64,000 nucleotides of DNA, from assembly GCA_012522345.1 (NCBI GenBank), contig JAAYKO010000040.1, positions 386-64,385 of the forward strand, in the 5' to 3' direction. Each line of letters opens with the position of its first letter. Within the stretch, counting starts at the first letter, position 1. Below the pieces are notes generated by a model, which was not told where the DNA came from, did no database searches, and saw nothing but the letters and a program-made list of their open reading frames with translations. Positions 38,741 through 47,504 of this stretch are shown piece by piece. Source of the stretch: Acholeplasmataceae bacterium. Lineage in GTDB: Bacteria; Bacillota_I; Bacilli_A; Acholeplasmatales; UBA5453. Both the position numbers and the translations under genes were made by a program.

Positions 38741-39490
38741 TCAAAGGTCAAAATAGGCGTTAAAAGTAAAAGCTCTTTCTTTTTTTGTTAAATTAAAAAT
38801 TTGATAAGTGTTGGTTTTTTCATTTAATCCTTTCTTTACTACAAACCGATCAGATTTTTGCATTTCTTTATGAAAATATAACTCTATTCGCTTTAAGTTT
38901 TTTAATTCTTTAATTTGACTTTCACTAAAACAATCATAAACAAATTCACTATACCGCAAATTATTAACATGTCCTAGCCCATCGAGATGACTGTTTTCAA
39001 TTTGACCTTCTTTTATGTCAACAAACTCAAGATTTTGTTTAAATGTAGGATTAGCTTCAACTAAGTGCGTTAACTCTTCAGTTAAAATCTCAAAAGGTAG
39101 CTGTCTTTGTTTATAAATTGATCTATTTTCTAAATCAAGTAATACAGAATATGAAGCTCCTTTACAAATTGTTTGATTATTTTTATCGACAACATTATAT
39201 TCTCTGCGGAAAAAGGGACCTCTTCTTCCTGAATACCATGTACTACCGATTAATTGTTGGGATTCAGTGAGAGGTTTTTCAATAACAAGACTCATTGACA
39301 CTAAAACCCAAGCATATTTATTAGCTAAAACGACTCCTACGCCTTGATCGGTGCTTGAGAGATGTTTATCTGCTAAAATGTTAAAAAGTGCTTGATATCC
39401 GTATGGCTTAAGCTCTAAATTTTCATTAAAGTGCTCGAATGGTGGTTCTAAAATATATTTTTTTCGCATTTCGCTTTTCATCTTTTTCAT
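38741..39490 (-). CDS. Acyl-ACP thioesterase family protein
   Basis: 249 aa double-hotdog-like protein. The DGLGHVNNLRYSEF motif and overall layout resemble the FatA/B-type bacterial thioesterases. Confidence 0.65.
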   Translation of the reverse strand: MKKMKSEMRKKYILEPPFEHFNENLELKPYGYQALFNILADKHLSSTDQGVGVVLANKYAWVLVSMSLVIEKPLTESQQLIGSTWYSGRRGPFFRREYNVVDKNNQTICKGASYSVLLDLENRSIYKQRQLPFEILTEELTHLVEANPTFKQNLEFVDIKEGQIENSHLDGLGHVNNLRYSEFVYDCFSESQIKELKNLKRIELYFHKEMQKSDRFVVKKGLNEKTNTYQIFNLTKKERAFTFNAYFDL

Positions 39491-40407
39491 TCCTCTTGTT
39501 TCATTTTATAATATTTGCTCGCTATTCGGGCTCCTAATTTAGCATTGCTATAAATTAACTCTAAATTAGCCTTTAATGTTTTTCCTTTTGTTTCTAATGC
39601 TAAATCTTGAAGTAAAAAAGGGGTTAATTTTTTACCCATTATTCCTTTGATTTGAGCTTTTTGATGACTTTTATCAATAATTTTCGCCAATTCATTATAA
39701 TCAAGTTCAAATTTTCTTTCTAATGGATTCGTTACTAAAACACCTGTAGTTAAAGCTAGTTTTTCTTGAACAATAACAAAACGGGCTAATTCAGTTACTG
39801 TGTCAAGTCTTAAATTAAGCTTAAATGGACTTTTTGAAGAATAAAATGCAGGTAAATAATCTGTTTTGTATCCGATAACTGGTACTCCTTTTGTTTCAAG
39901 ATACTCAAGTGTTTTACCCAAATCTAAAATTGATTTAATCCCAGCAGAGACTACTACTACCGATGTTCTTGCTAACTCTTCTAAATCCGCTGAAACATCC
40001 ATAGAACTATTGTAGTCTTGATGAACTCCTCCAATCCCTCCTGTCACAAAAAACTTTATTCCGGCTTTGTTTGCAATAATCATTGTTGCAGCTACAGTAG
40101 TAGCCCCAGAAAAGCCTTGGCTTACAACATAAGCTAAATCACTGCGCGAAACTTTTAAAACATTATCACTTTTCGCCAATAATAGAAGTTGATCCTCATT
40201 CAAACCAACATGAATTTTCCCCTCTATTATCGCAATTGTTGCTGGAATAGCACCATTAGATCTAATTATTGATTCAACATGTTGTGCCATCTTAAAATTG
40301 AGCGGCTCGGGCAGTCCATGACTAATAATTGTTGACTCAAGAGCAACTATTGGTTTTTTTTCTTGTAATGCTTGTTTAACTTCCTGTGATAAAATTAGTT
40401 CTTGCAT
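39487..40407 (-). CDS. psuG: Pseudouridine-5'-phosphate glycosidase
   Basis: Motifs PIVALESTIISHGLP, VTGGIGGVH and DVSADL. The ATG at 40407 follows the RBS AAAGGTGAGG. The 42-aa N-terminal extension in the track is not conserved-looking. Confidence 0.85.
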   Translation of the reverse strand: MQELILSQEVKQALQEKKPIVALESTIISHGLPEPLNFKMAQHVESIIRSNGAIPATIAIIEGKIHVGLNEDQLLLLAKSDNVLKVSRSDLAYVVSQGFSGATTVAATMIIANKAGIKFFVTGGIGGVHQDYNSSMDVSADLEELARTSVVVVSAGIKSILDLGKTLEYLETKGVPVIGYKTDYLPAFYSSKSPFKLNLRLDTVTELARFVIVQEKLALTTGVLVTNPLERKFELDYNELAKIIDKSHQKAQIKGIMGKKLTPFLLQDLALETKGKTLKANLELIYSNAKLGARIASKYYKMKQEE

Positions 40408-40533
40408 TTCAAACCTCACCTTTAATCTTAAAAACTTTGCAATGTTCGCATTGTTTTTGTGTAATATAAAACATATTATGTTAATATTATATGTTAGATA
40501 TAAAACAAAAGCGCTTGAATGCGCTTTATTCAT

Positions 40534-41052
40534 TTAAATAATATCAACATGAATAGCTTCTAAAACTTTTAGTGTTTTATCGTGCAATTTCTCATCAAAA
40601 CTCATTACAGCATCTTTTGCAACAACTATTCTTGACTCCGGTAATGCTGTTTTTGCAATAACTGCATTAGCTAGCACACACATGTTTGTCACCAAACCAC
40701 AGATTTCAACCTCTTGATAATTATTTTTCAAGAGATATTCTCCAAGTTCTAAAGAGCCAAAAGTATTTTTTGAAAAAATAACTTTCGCCTTATTTTCATA
40801 ATTTTTAATCTGACCATATAACTGATGTCCTTTTGTACCTTTAAGGCAGTGCTTTATTGGCAATCTTTTTCCTTCTTGGGTATTTAAATAATTATCATCA
40901 TGAGTATCAAGAGTAAAGATTAGATCACAATCACCCTTGAGGCACTCTTTGATTTTAGCCTCAATAATGCTTTCCAGTTCTTTGGCTTCTTTAAAGCCTA
41001 AACTACCTTCAACAAAATCATATTGATAATCTACTACTAATAATGCCTTCAT
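40534..41052 (-). CDS. pncA: Isochorismatase-family cysteine hydrolase, probable nicotinamidase
   Basis: Asp/Lys/Cys triad context LLVVDYQYDF / FSKNTFG / LVTNMCV, plus the PIKHCLKGTKGHQL motif typical of PncA. pncB lies 5 kb away. Confidence 0.65.
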   Translation of the reverse strand: MKALLVVDYQYDFVEGSLGFKEAKELESIIEAKIKECLKGDCDLIFTLDTHDDNYLNTQEGKRLPIKHCLKGTKGHQLYGQIKNYENKAKVIFSKNTFGSLELGEYLLKNNYQEVEICGLVTNMCVLANAVIAKTALPESRIVVAKDAVMSFDEKLHDKTLKVLEAIHVDII

Positions 41053-41074
41053 CGTTTTACACCTCGTTTAATAT

Positions 41075-42871
41075 TTAATTTAATAATTTGTTCATCGCTT
41101 CTTCAGTTTCAAATTTTAAAGATTCTAATGCTCTTTTTGGGCTTAATGTATAATCAGGGAAAATTGGTTTTCCGATATTGACAATCATCCGTTCTTTAAT
41201 TTTGTTTTTTGAGTTTCTCCGCTCCTGGATATTAATTCTTATCGGTACTATTGGAACTGATGACTCAACCGCTAATTTAAAAGCTCCGCGTTTAAATTGA
41301 CGAATATTTTTATCTCCTTCAATTAACTCTCCTTCTGGAAAAAAATGAATAAATTTACCGTTGCGGGCTTTTTTAGACAATTCATTGAAAAAGATTCGGT
41401 TTTCAGTAATGCTTTCTGGCGTTGGGACAGTTCCTAACGCTCTGACAATTTGCCCAACTACTGGCTTTTTAAAGTTTGCTTTAATGGCCGTAAAGACGAC
41501 CTTTTTTGGAAAAGCAGCTAAGCCTGACATCACTGAATCTAAGGTGTGAACATGATTTGAAACAATTACAGCTCCCCCTTTAATTTTTTTAAGATGATGT
41601 TTGTTATTAATCTTAGCCTTTAGGTAAGCTTTATTATAAGCCATCAAAAGCGGAACAACAATATAATAAAAAGCAGTTGTCAACGTTTTTTCAACTCGTC
41701 CTTTTTTAATTGTTTTTCTAATCGGCTTACCTCTTTTACTAGTTGCTAAAAGGTTGTTTTTATGATCAACAATTGCCTCTCTAACCATATCTTCAAAGCG
41801 ATTCACTGAATTTAATAAACTATATTTCTCACTCGATTTAGCATATTCTAACTCCATTTTGTGTCGCTCTTGGTCATTTGTCAACCAATATTCCATCTTT
41901 TCTTTTAAATCTTCGACATCGCCTGGCGCGAATAAGCTTCTTTCATCAAGAACAAACTGAACTGAAGCGCTATTTTTAGCATTTGCAATCAAGGGCACTC
42001 GGCCACAGGCAATCGCCTCTAAACATGAAATTCCTTCAATTTCTATATCTGAAGCATGAATATATAAGTCTTGTTGTGAAATCTTTTCGATTAAATCATC
42101 TTTTGAATAAAATCCAAACTCAACATTGACTTTTAATCTTTTTGCTAGTTGTACAAGTCGATCTTTTGTCGGACCGATACCAGCAAGAGTTAAAATTATT
42201 TTATCTCTATATTGACTCTTACCAATCGCTTTTATAATTATTTCTTGTCTTTTTTCATGAGCAAATCTGCCGATGGCAATTATATTAAAATGCTCTTTAT
42301 CTTTTTGAGGTTCGAAATATTTAAAATCACAACTCACACCATTTGAGATTACATGAAACTGATTTGGATATTGATAACTCTTTAATTTTGCCGCTGTCAA
42401 ACTTGAAGGACAATGAACATGTTTTACATTTTTAAAAAACCTTCTAAAGCGACGATATAACATTCCTTTTAAAGGCCAATTTAAAAACCGCAGTTTCGCA
42501 CCATAAATGATGCTTTCTGGCGGAACATGAAAGGCCGTCGTTACAGGAATATTCATTTTTTTTGCTATTTTTAATGCCATCTTAGATGTTTTCCAAGGTG
42601 TTATTAAATGAACAATATCAGCACCCTGAAGAGCTTCCTCTAAAACCTTTTTGTTTGGTTTTGAAAAAGTAACACCTTGTTTTTTCGCTACATAACTTAC
42701 TATTGGAATATGACGTGTTTTTAAGGTGTAGATATCTTGACCGACGACATCGTTGCTTACGATTCTTATTTCATGGCCAAGTTTTTTTAGTGCTTCAGTA
42801 AAACGGTAAGCTGTTATATTTGTGCCATTTGATAAATTTTTATAATTATCAATAACGAAAACAATTACCAT
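41075..42871 (-). CDS. Fusion protein: GT4 glycosyltransferase (diacylglycerol glycosyltransferase-like) plus PlsC/LPLAT-type acyltransferase
   Basis: The N-terminal 385 aa or so is GT-B/GT4, with EX7E (EIEGISCLEAIACGRVP). A hydrophobic linker follows (FYYIVVPLLMAY). The C-terminal domain carries the acyltransferase motifs VSNHVHTLD (HX4D) and FFPEGE. The ATG at 42871 follows the RBS AAGGGTGA. Confidence 0.75.
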   Translation of the reverse strand: MVIVFVIDNYKNLSNGTNITAYRFTEALKKLGHEIRIVSNDVVGQDIYTLKTRHIPIVSYVAKKQGVTFSKPNKKVLEEALQGADIVHLITPWKTSKMALKIAKKMNIPVTTAFHVPPESIIYGAKLRFLNWPLKGMLYRRFRRFFKNVKHVHCPSSLTAAKLKSYQYPNQFHVISNGVSCDFKYFEPQKDKEHFNIIAIGRFAHEKRQEIIIKAIGKSQYRDKIILTLAGIGPTKDRLVQLAKRLKVNVEFGFYSKDDLIEKISQQDLYIHASDIEIEGISCLEAIACGRVPLIANAKNSASVQFVLDERSLFAPGDVEDLKEKMEYWLTNDQERHKMELEYAKSSEKYSLLNSVNRFEDMVREAIVDHKNNLLATSKRGKPIRKTIKKGRVEKTLTTAFYYIVVPLLMAYNKAYLKAKINNKHHLKKIKGGAVIVSNHVHTLDSVMSGLAAFPKKVVFTAIKANFKKPVVGQIVRALGTVPTPESITENRIFFNELSKKARNGKFIHFFPEGELIEGDKNIRQFKRGAFKLAVESSVPIVPIRINIQERRNSKNKIKERMIVNIGKPIFPDYTLSPKRALESLKFETEEAMNKLLN

Positions 42872-43092
42872 AGTTTTCACCCTTTTTTGTTCTCTCAAGT
42901 ATTAATTTTATCATAAAGGAAAAATTATTCAATAAGTTAAGAAACTTTAACATATTTTAATTCTTCAAGTTTTTCCGTTTTTTCTCATGAAAAATCCTCT
43001 AAAGTAGATAAAATTAGAGTCTTTTAATTTATTTTTATAACTAGTAGAGAACACTAGTGATTTTAATCGAAAGAGTTTTAAAATTACCTTCG

Positions 43093-43953
43093 TTAAACCT
43101 TTTTAAAGTTAAACTGTTCTTCAATTTCAAAACTTGTGTTTTTCAAATTGCGAGGATGGATAAATTCAATCTTTTTAAAATGCAATAACATCCTCTGATG
43201 TTTGGTTTTGCCGTAAAGCGGATCACCAACAATTGGATGACCGATATGCGATAAATGTACTCTAATTTGATGGGTTCTACCACCGCTAATATAAATTTCT
43301 AGTTTACTCTTATTCTCAAATTGATCAATTACATAATATTCCGTCCGTGCTTCCCTACCTGAATCGAGAACGATGCGCTTATTGCTATGTCTATCTTTAC
43401 CGATTTTATGAGTGATTACTCCATCGAGTTCAGTAAAATAATTATCACAAATAGCAATATACATTTTTTTAATAGTTTGTTCTTCAAATTGTTTAGAGAA
43501 AAAGGAAAGTGCGATAAAGTGTTTAGCGTAGAGAACAAGGCCAGAAGTTTCATAATCAATTCTATGGGCTGGTAAAACAGGATAGTCATAGCCCTTTTGA
43601 TGAAAATAGTAACTTACGCGATTAGTTAACGTATCGGTTGTGTTACCATCTTCATGAATTAACATTTTTACAGGCTTGTTAACTATAATTATATCTTCAT
43701 CTTCATAAACAACATCAATTGATCCTTCAAAAGGTTCAATTACACGGTCAAATGGCGCTAATTTAAAAGCCAGCTTGTCGCCTTCTTTCAGCCGATAATT
43801 GAGCTTCGCATGACTATTGTTTACTCTAATTAAATTAAACAGTTCTTGTTGATAGATTGTTCTTTTTGAAACATTAAACAGCAAAAGAAATTCTCTTATA
43901 GTGAGATTGGTATGCTCTTCTTCAATTTTGAAATTCAAAAAATTGATCTGCAT
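43093..43953 (-). CDS. RluA-family pseudouridine synthase (RluD-like)
   Basis: S4-like N-terminus, catalytic HRIDYETSGLVLYAK, and GRTHQIRVHL. Confidence 0.85.
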   Translation of the reverse strand: MQINFLNFKIEEEHTNLTIREFLLLFNVSKRTIYQQELFNLIRVNNSHAKLNYRLKEGDKLAFKLAPFDRVIEPFEGSIDVVYEDEDIIIVNKPVKMLIHEDGNTTDTLTNRVSYYFHQKGYDYPVLPAHRIDYETSGLVLYAKHFIALSFFSKQFEEQTIKKMYIAICDNYFTELDGVITHKIGKDRHSNKRIVLDSGREARTEYYVIDQFENKSKLEIYISGGRTHQIRVHLSHIGHPIVGDPLYGKTKHQRMLLHFKKIEFIHPRNLKNTSFEIEEQFNFKKV

Positions 43954-43969
43954 TTGACCTCCTTACTCG

Positions 43970-45142
43970 CTATTTTACAAACGCTACAGTTTCCCTTGCT
44001 ATTAACACTTCTTCATTAGTTTTAATTGTAAACACTTTTACTTTACTATTAGGCGTCGAAATTAAAAGTGCATTTTCTTGATTTAGCTTTTCATCAACTT
44101 CAACACCTAAGGCTGTCAAACGATCACAGACAAGTTTTCTCAACTTAGGTGAGTTCTCACCAATTCCAGCTGTAAATGTAATCGCATCCAATCCTCCCAT
44201 ATAGACAAAATATGAGCCGATGTAATCAGCAATTCTTTTTGCTTGAAGATCAAAAGCGAGAATGCTTCTTTTATTACCCGCTCTAATTGATTTCTCTAAA
44301 TCTCGCGCATCACTTGTAATTCCTGATACGCCAAGATATCCACTTTTTGTATTTAAAATATCGTACATTTTTTCGGAAGAAATATTTAATTTCTTTTCCA
44401 TATAACTTAAAATTGCCGGATCAATAGAGCCTGTTCTTGTTCCCATGGGAATGCCTTCAAGAGGTGTAAATCCCATTGATGTTTCTACACACTTGCCATC
44501 TTTAACTGCTGTTATCGATGCTCCATTGCCGATGTGACAAACGATAATTTTTGTCTCTGATGTTTTTAATAGTTGATTAGTAACTTCACTAACATATTTA
44601 TGAGATGTTCCATGAAAACCATATTTTCGAATCCCATACTTTTCATACCATTCATATGGTGTTGCGTACATATAAGCATCTTCGCTCATTGTTTGATGAA
44701 AAGTTGTATCAAAAACTGCAACATGAGGTACATTAGGCATTACCTCTTTAAAAGCCTTAATCGAAATCGCATGAGCCATATTGTGAAGTGGAGCCATGTC
44801 ACTTAACTCAATAATTTGCTCAACAACTTTTTCAGTCGCTAGTTCATGTTTTTTAAAGATTTCGCCGCCATGAACAATCCGGTGCCCTACTCCATCAATC
44901 TCATCCATACTTTTTAAAACCTGGTGTTCAATTAAACCTTCAATAATTAGTTTTACCCCAAAGACATGGTCTTTAATAGGTAATACTTTTTGATTGTTGT
45001 TGCTGTTGAAATTAAGGGTAAAAGTTGCATCATCAAAGCCAATTTTTTCAACTTGTCCGCTTGAGATAACTTTTTCGCTAGGCATTTCAAAAAGTTTAAA
45101 TTTAATACTGCTCGAACCACTGTTAACACTCATAATTTTCAT
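43970..45142 (-). CDS. ackA: Acetate kinase
   Basis: MKIMSVNSGSSSIKFKLF, followed by the motifs GHRIVHGG and FHGTSHKY. The ATG at 45142 is 8 nt after GGAG. Confidence 0.95.
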   Translation of the reverse strand: MKIMSVNSGSSSIKFKLFEMPSEKVISSGQVEKIGFDDATFTLNFNSNNNQKVLPIKDHVFGVKLIIEGLIEHQVLKSMDEIDGVGHRIVHGGEIFKKHELATEKVVEQIIELSDMAPLHNMAHAISIKAFKEVMPNVPHVAVFDTTFHQTMSEDAYMYATPYEWYEKYGIRKYGFHGTSHKYVSEVTNQLLKTSETKIIVCHIGNGASITAVKDGKCVETSMGFTPLEGIPMGTRTGSIDPAILSYMEKKLNISSEKMYDILNTKSGYLGVSGITSDARDLEKSIRAGNKRSILAFDLQAKRIADYIGSYFVYMGGLDAITFTAGIGENSPKLRKLVCDRLTALGVEVDEKLNQENALLISTPNSKVKVFTIKTNEEVLIARETVAFVK

Positions 45143-45331
45143 GTTTAATTCTCCTAATTTTACTATTATGATTGGATGACAAAAACTGGTCATTTACTCC
45201 TGTTTTTCTAAATTAAAAAATCTTTGTTTAAAAAACAATAAAACATCCAACCTTAACCATTATAACACAATTTTAAGAAAATTTTTGTTTAATTTTGTTT
45301 TTAAAAAATCAAAAATAAAATGACTTTAGAA

Positions 45332-45862
45332 TCATTCTTCTTCACTTAAAAAAGAATCCAAATAGCCTTTGCCTTTTAAAGTTGCTGGTTCATAAATTTC
45401 TAAATCTAAAAAATCGTTTTGTCTTAAATATTCATAAACAACAATACTTACACTATTAGAAAGATTCAAACTTCTAATCTTATCATTTGTTGGAATCCGG
45501 TAAGTTTTGTCAATTTCTTGTGAGAGTAGTTTTCGGTCGACACCTGTCGTCTCTTTACCGAAAATCAAATAAATCTCTTCAGCAGTGTTTTTAAACTTAA
45601 TTTCTGTATAGATTTTCTTACCATAGCGAGTAATAAAATAGTATTGACCTTTATTAATTTTCTTAAATTGAGCAAAATCAGAATAGATTTGATAATTTAA
45701 ATATTTATAATAATCGAGTGCACTTCTTTTTAAATGTTTTTCATCTAAAGAAAAGCCCAACGGTTCAATTAAGTGGAGTTTAGCATTAACACCGACACAA
45801 GTTCTAATAATGTTTCCGGTGTTTTGGGGTATTAAAGGTTCATAGAGAACTATATTTAGCAT
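45332..45862 (-). CDS. trmL: SpoU/TrmL-type tRNA 2'-O-methyltransferase
   Basis: 176 aa. N-terminus NIVLYEPLIPQNTGNIIRTC, plus the C-terminal knot motifs LIFGKETTG and RSLNLSNSVSIVVYE. Confidence 0.8.
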   Translation of the reverse strand: MLNIVLYEPLIPQNTGNIIRTCVGVNAKLHLIEPLGFSLDEKHLKRSALDYYKYLNYQIYSDFAQFKKINKGQYYFITRYGKKIYTEIKFKNTAEEIYLIFGKETTGVDRKLLSQEIDKTYRIPTNDKIRSLNLSNSVSIVVYEYLRQNDFLDLEIYEPATLKGKGYLDSFLSEEE

Positions 45863-45913
45863 TTTTATTTCATTCCTTTTAAATAAAACCGCCTAAATTT
45901 GTGGTTTATAAGT

Positions 45914-47347
45914 TTAATTCTCATCTGCGAAAGCGGTTAAAAGAGTTTGCTTTAAATCCCAAAGCGCTTGTGAGTAATCAACATAGTAAAGATGGGGATT
46001 TTCAAATCTTTTTACTTCATCCCATAAAGTTGCTAGTTGTTCAGCGCAATAATTTCTAATTGCTTTTAATTCTGGTGAATGATAAACTTGCTTTCCTTTA
46101 ACAAAGATTGGTTTTAAGAGCTTAACCGCTTTAAAGTTCTCAACCAATTTTTGCTTCCATGGAAAGTTAGGATCAAACAATAAATAAGGTTGATTTTCAT
46201 CAATTATTTCCTCCTCCAGTGTTATGACATCTGCAATCGCTTTATTACTTTGATCAAAAAGACGATACAACATTTTATTACCTGGAATCGTTGTTTTTTC
46301 AATATTATCGCTGATTTTCATTTTAGGAATCCATTCACCATTTTCTTGTAATGCTGAAAGTTTGTAGACGCCACCAAAAACTGAATCACTTTTCGAAGTA
46401 ATAAGCCTTTCTCCTACTCCGAAAGAATCAATTTTTGCTCCTTGGCGAATCAAATCTTGAATAATATATTCATCGAGCGAACTTGAGGCGGTAATTTGAC
46501 AATCAAAAAGCCCCGCATCATCTAACATCTGGCGCGCTTGTTTAGAGAGATAAGCTAAGTCGCCTGAATCAATTCGAATTCCCTTAAGTCGGTAACCATG
46601 AGGCTCTAAATAGTCCTTAGCAACTTTAATCGCATTAGGGACTCCTGAGTTTAATGTTGAATAGGTATCAACTAATAATAATGTGTTTTTTGGATAGGTT
46701 TTAGCATATGTTAAAAACGCTTCATATTCAGTTTCAAAACTCTGGACATAAGAATGAGCCATTGTCCCAATAGCTGGAATTTTATAAAGCCTGTCGACTA
46801 AAGTGTTGGCAGTACCAACCGCTCCAGCAATATAAGCAGCTCTTGCGCCAAAATTAGCAGCATCATAGCCTTGAGCGCGTCTACTGCCAAATTCCATAAT
46901 GCTTCTCCCTTGAGCTGCGTGAACAATTCTACTAGTTTTAGTCGCAATTAAACTTTGATGATTAATTGTTAAGAGCAACATCGTTTCAATAATTTGACAT
47001 TCGATAATTGGGCCAGTTACTCTTAAGACAGGTTCATGAGGAAAGATTGGTGTTCCCTCTTCTATTGCATAAATTGTCGAAGTAAACTCAAAATTTCGCA
47101 AATAATTTAAAAAGCCTTCATCAAATGTGTCTTTGCTTCTTAAATAAGCAATATCTTCATCACTAAATGAAAGCTCATTGATATATTGGATTACTTGTTG
47201 CAAACCCGCCATAATTGCATAACCACCACGATCTGGATTGTTTCTAAAAAACAAATCAAAAGTCGCCAATTCATTTCTCTGATTAACAAAATAACTATTT
47301 GCCATTGTCAGTTCATAATAATCAACAAGTAAACTTAAATTTCTCAT
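45914..47347 (-). CDS. pncB: Nicotinate phosphoribosyltransferase
   Basis: 477 aa. Motifs LLVDYYELTMANSYF, FGSRRAQG and GTMAHSYVQ. Confidence 0.9.
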   Translation of the reverse strand: MRNLSLLVDYYELTMANSYFVNQRNELATFDLFFRNNPDRGGYAIMAGLQQVIQYINELSFSDEDIAYLRSKDTFDEGFLNYLRNFEFTSTIYAIEEGTPIFPHEPVLRVTGPIIECQIIETMLLLTINHQSLIATKTSRIVHAAQGRSIMEFGSRRAQGYDAANFGARAAYIAGAVGTANTLVDRLYKIPAIGTMAHSYVQSFETEYEAFLTYAKTYPKNTLLLVDTYSTLNSGVPNAIKVAKDYLEPHGYRLKGIRIDSGDLAYLSKQARQMLDDAGLFDCQITASSSLDEYIIQDLIRQGAKIDSFGVGERLITSKSDSVFGGVYKLSALQENGEWIPKMKISDNIEKTTIPGNKMLYRLFDQSNKAIADVITLEEEIIDENQPYLLFDPNFPWKQKLVENFKAVKLLKPIFVKGKQVYHSPELKAIRNYCAEQLATLWDEVKRFENPHLYYVDYSQALWDLKQTLLTAFADEN

Positions 47348-47482
47348 CTTGTCACCTCTTTACGATTATACCACGATTCAAGTTAGATATAAAGAATTGA
47401 AACAAGTCTTTTCACAAGCTTTGACCGGTCTTTAATCTCAATCTTAAAAATCGTTTAAAGCTACTATTACTGTACTAATTTT

Positions 47483-47504
47483 AAAAAAAAGATGCCTAAG
47501 CATC
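47483..47504 (-). terminator. Intrinsic terminator after the DsbA-like gene
   Basis: The minus strand reads GATGC-TTAG-GCATC followed by T8. The stem overlaps the TGA stop. Confidence 0.7.

Noticed and set aside
39487-40533. A 42-aa hydrophobic N-terminal extension on psuG in the ORF track, which could suggest a membrane-anchored enzyme.
   Set aside because: A strong RBS (AAAGGTGAGG) precedes the internal ATG at 40407, where PsuG similarity starts. The extension is probably untranslated leader.
43040-43062. Palindrome ACTAGT-agagaac-ACTAGT downstream of the RluD-like gene, considered as a terminator or operator.
   Set aside because: The stem is a short 6-bp AT-rich one with no following T-run on the relevant strand. 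The evidence is insufficient.
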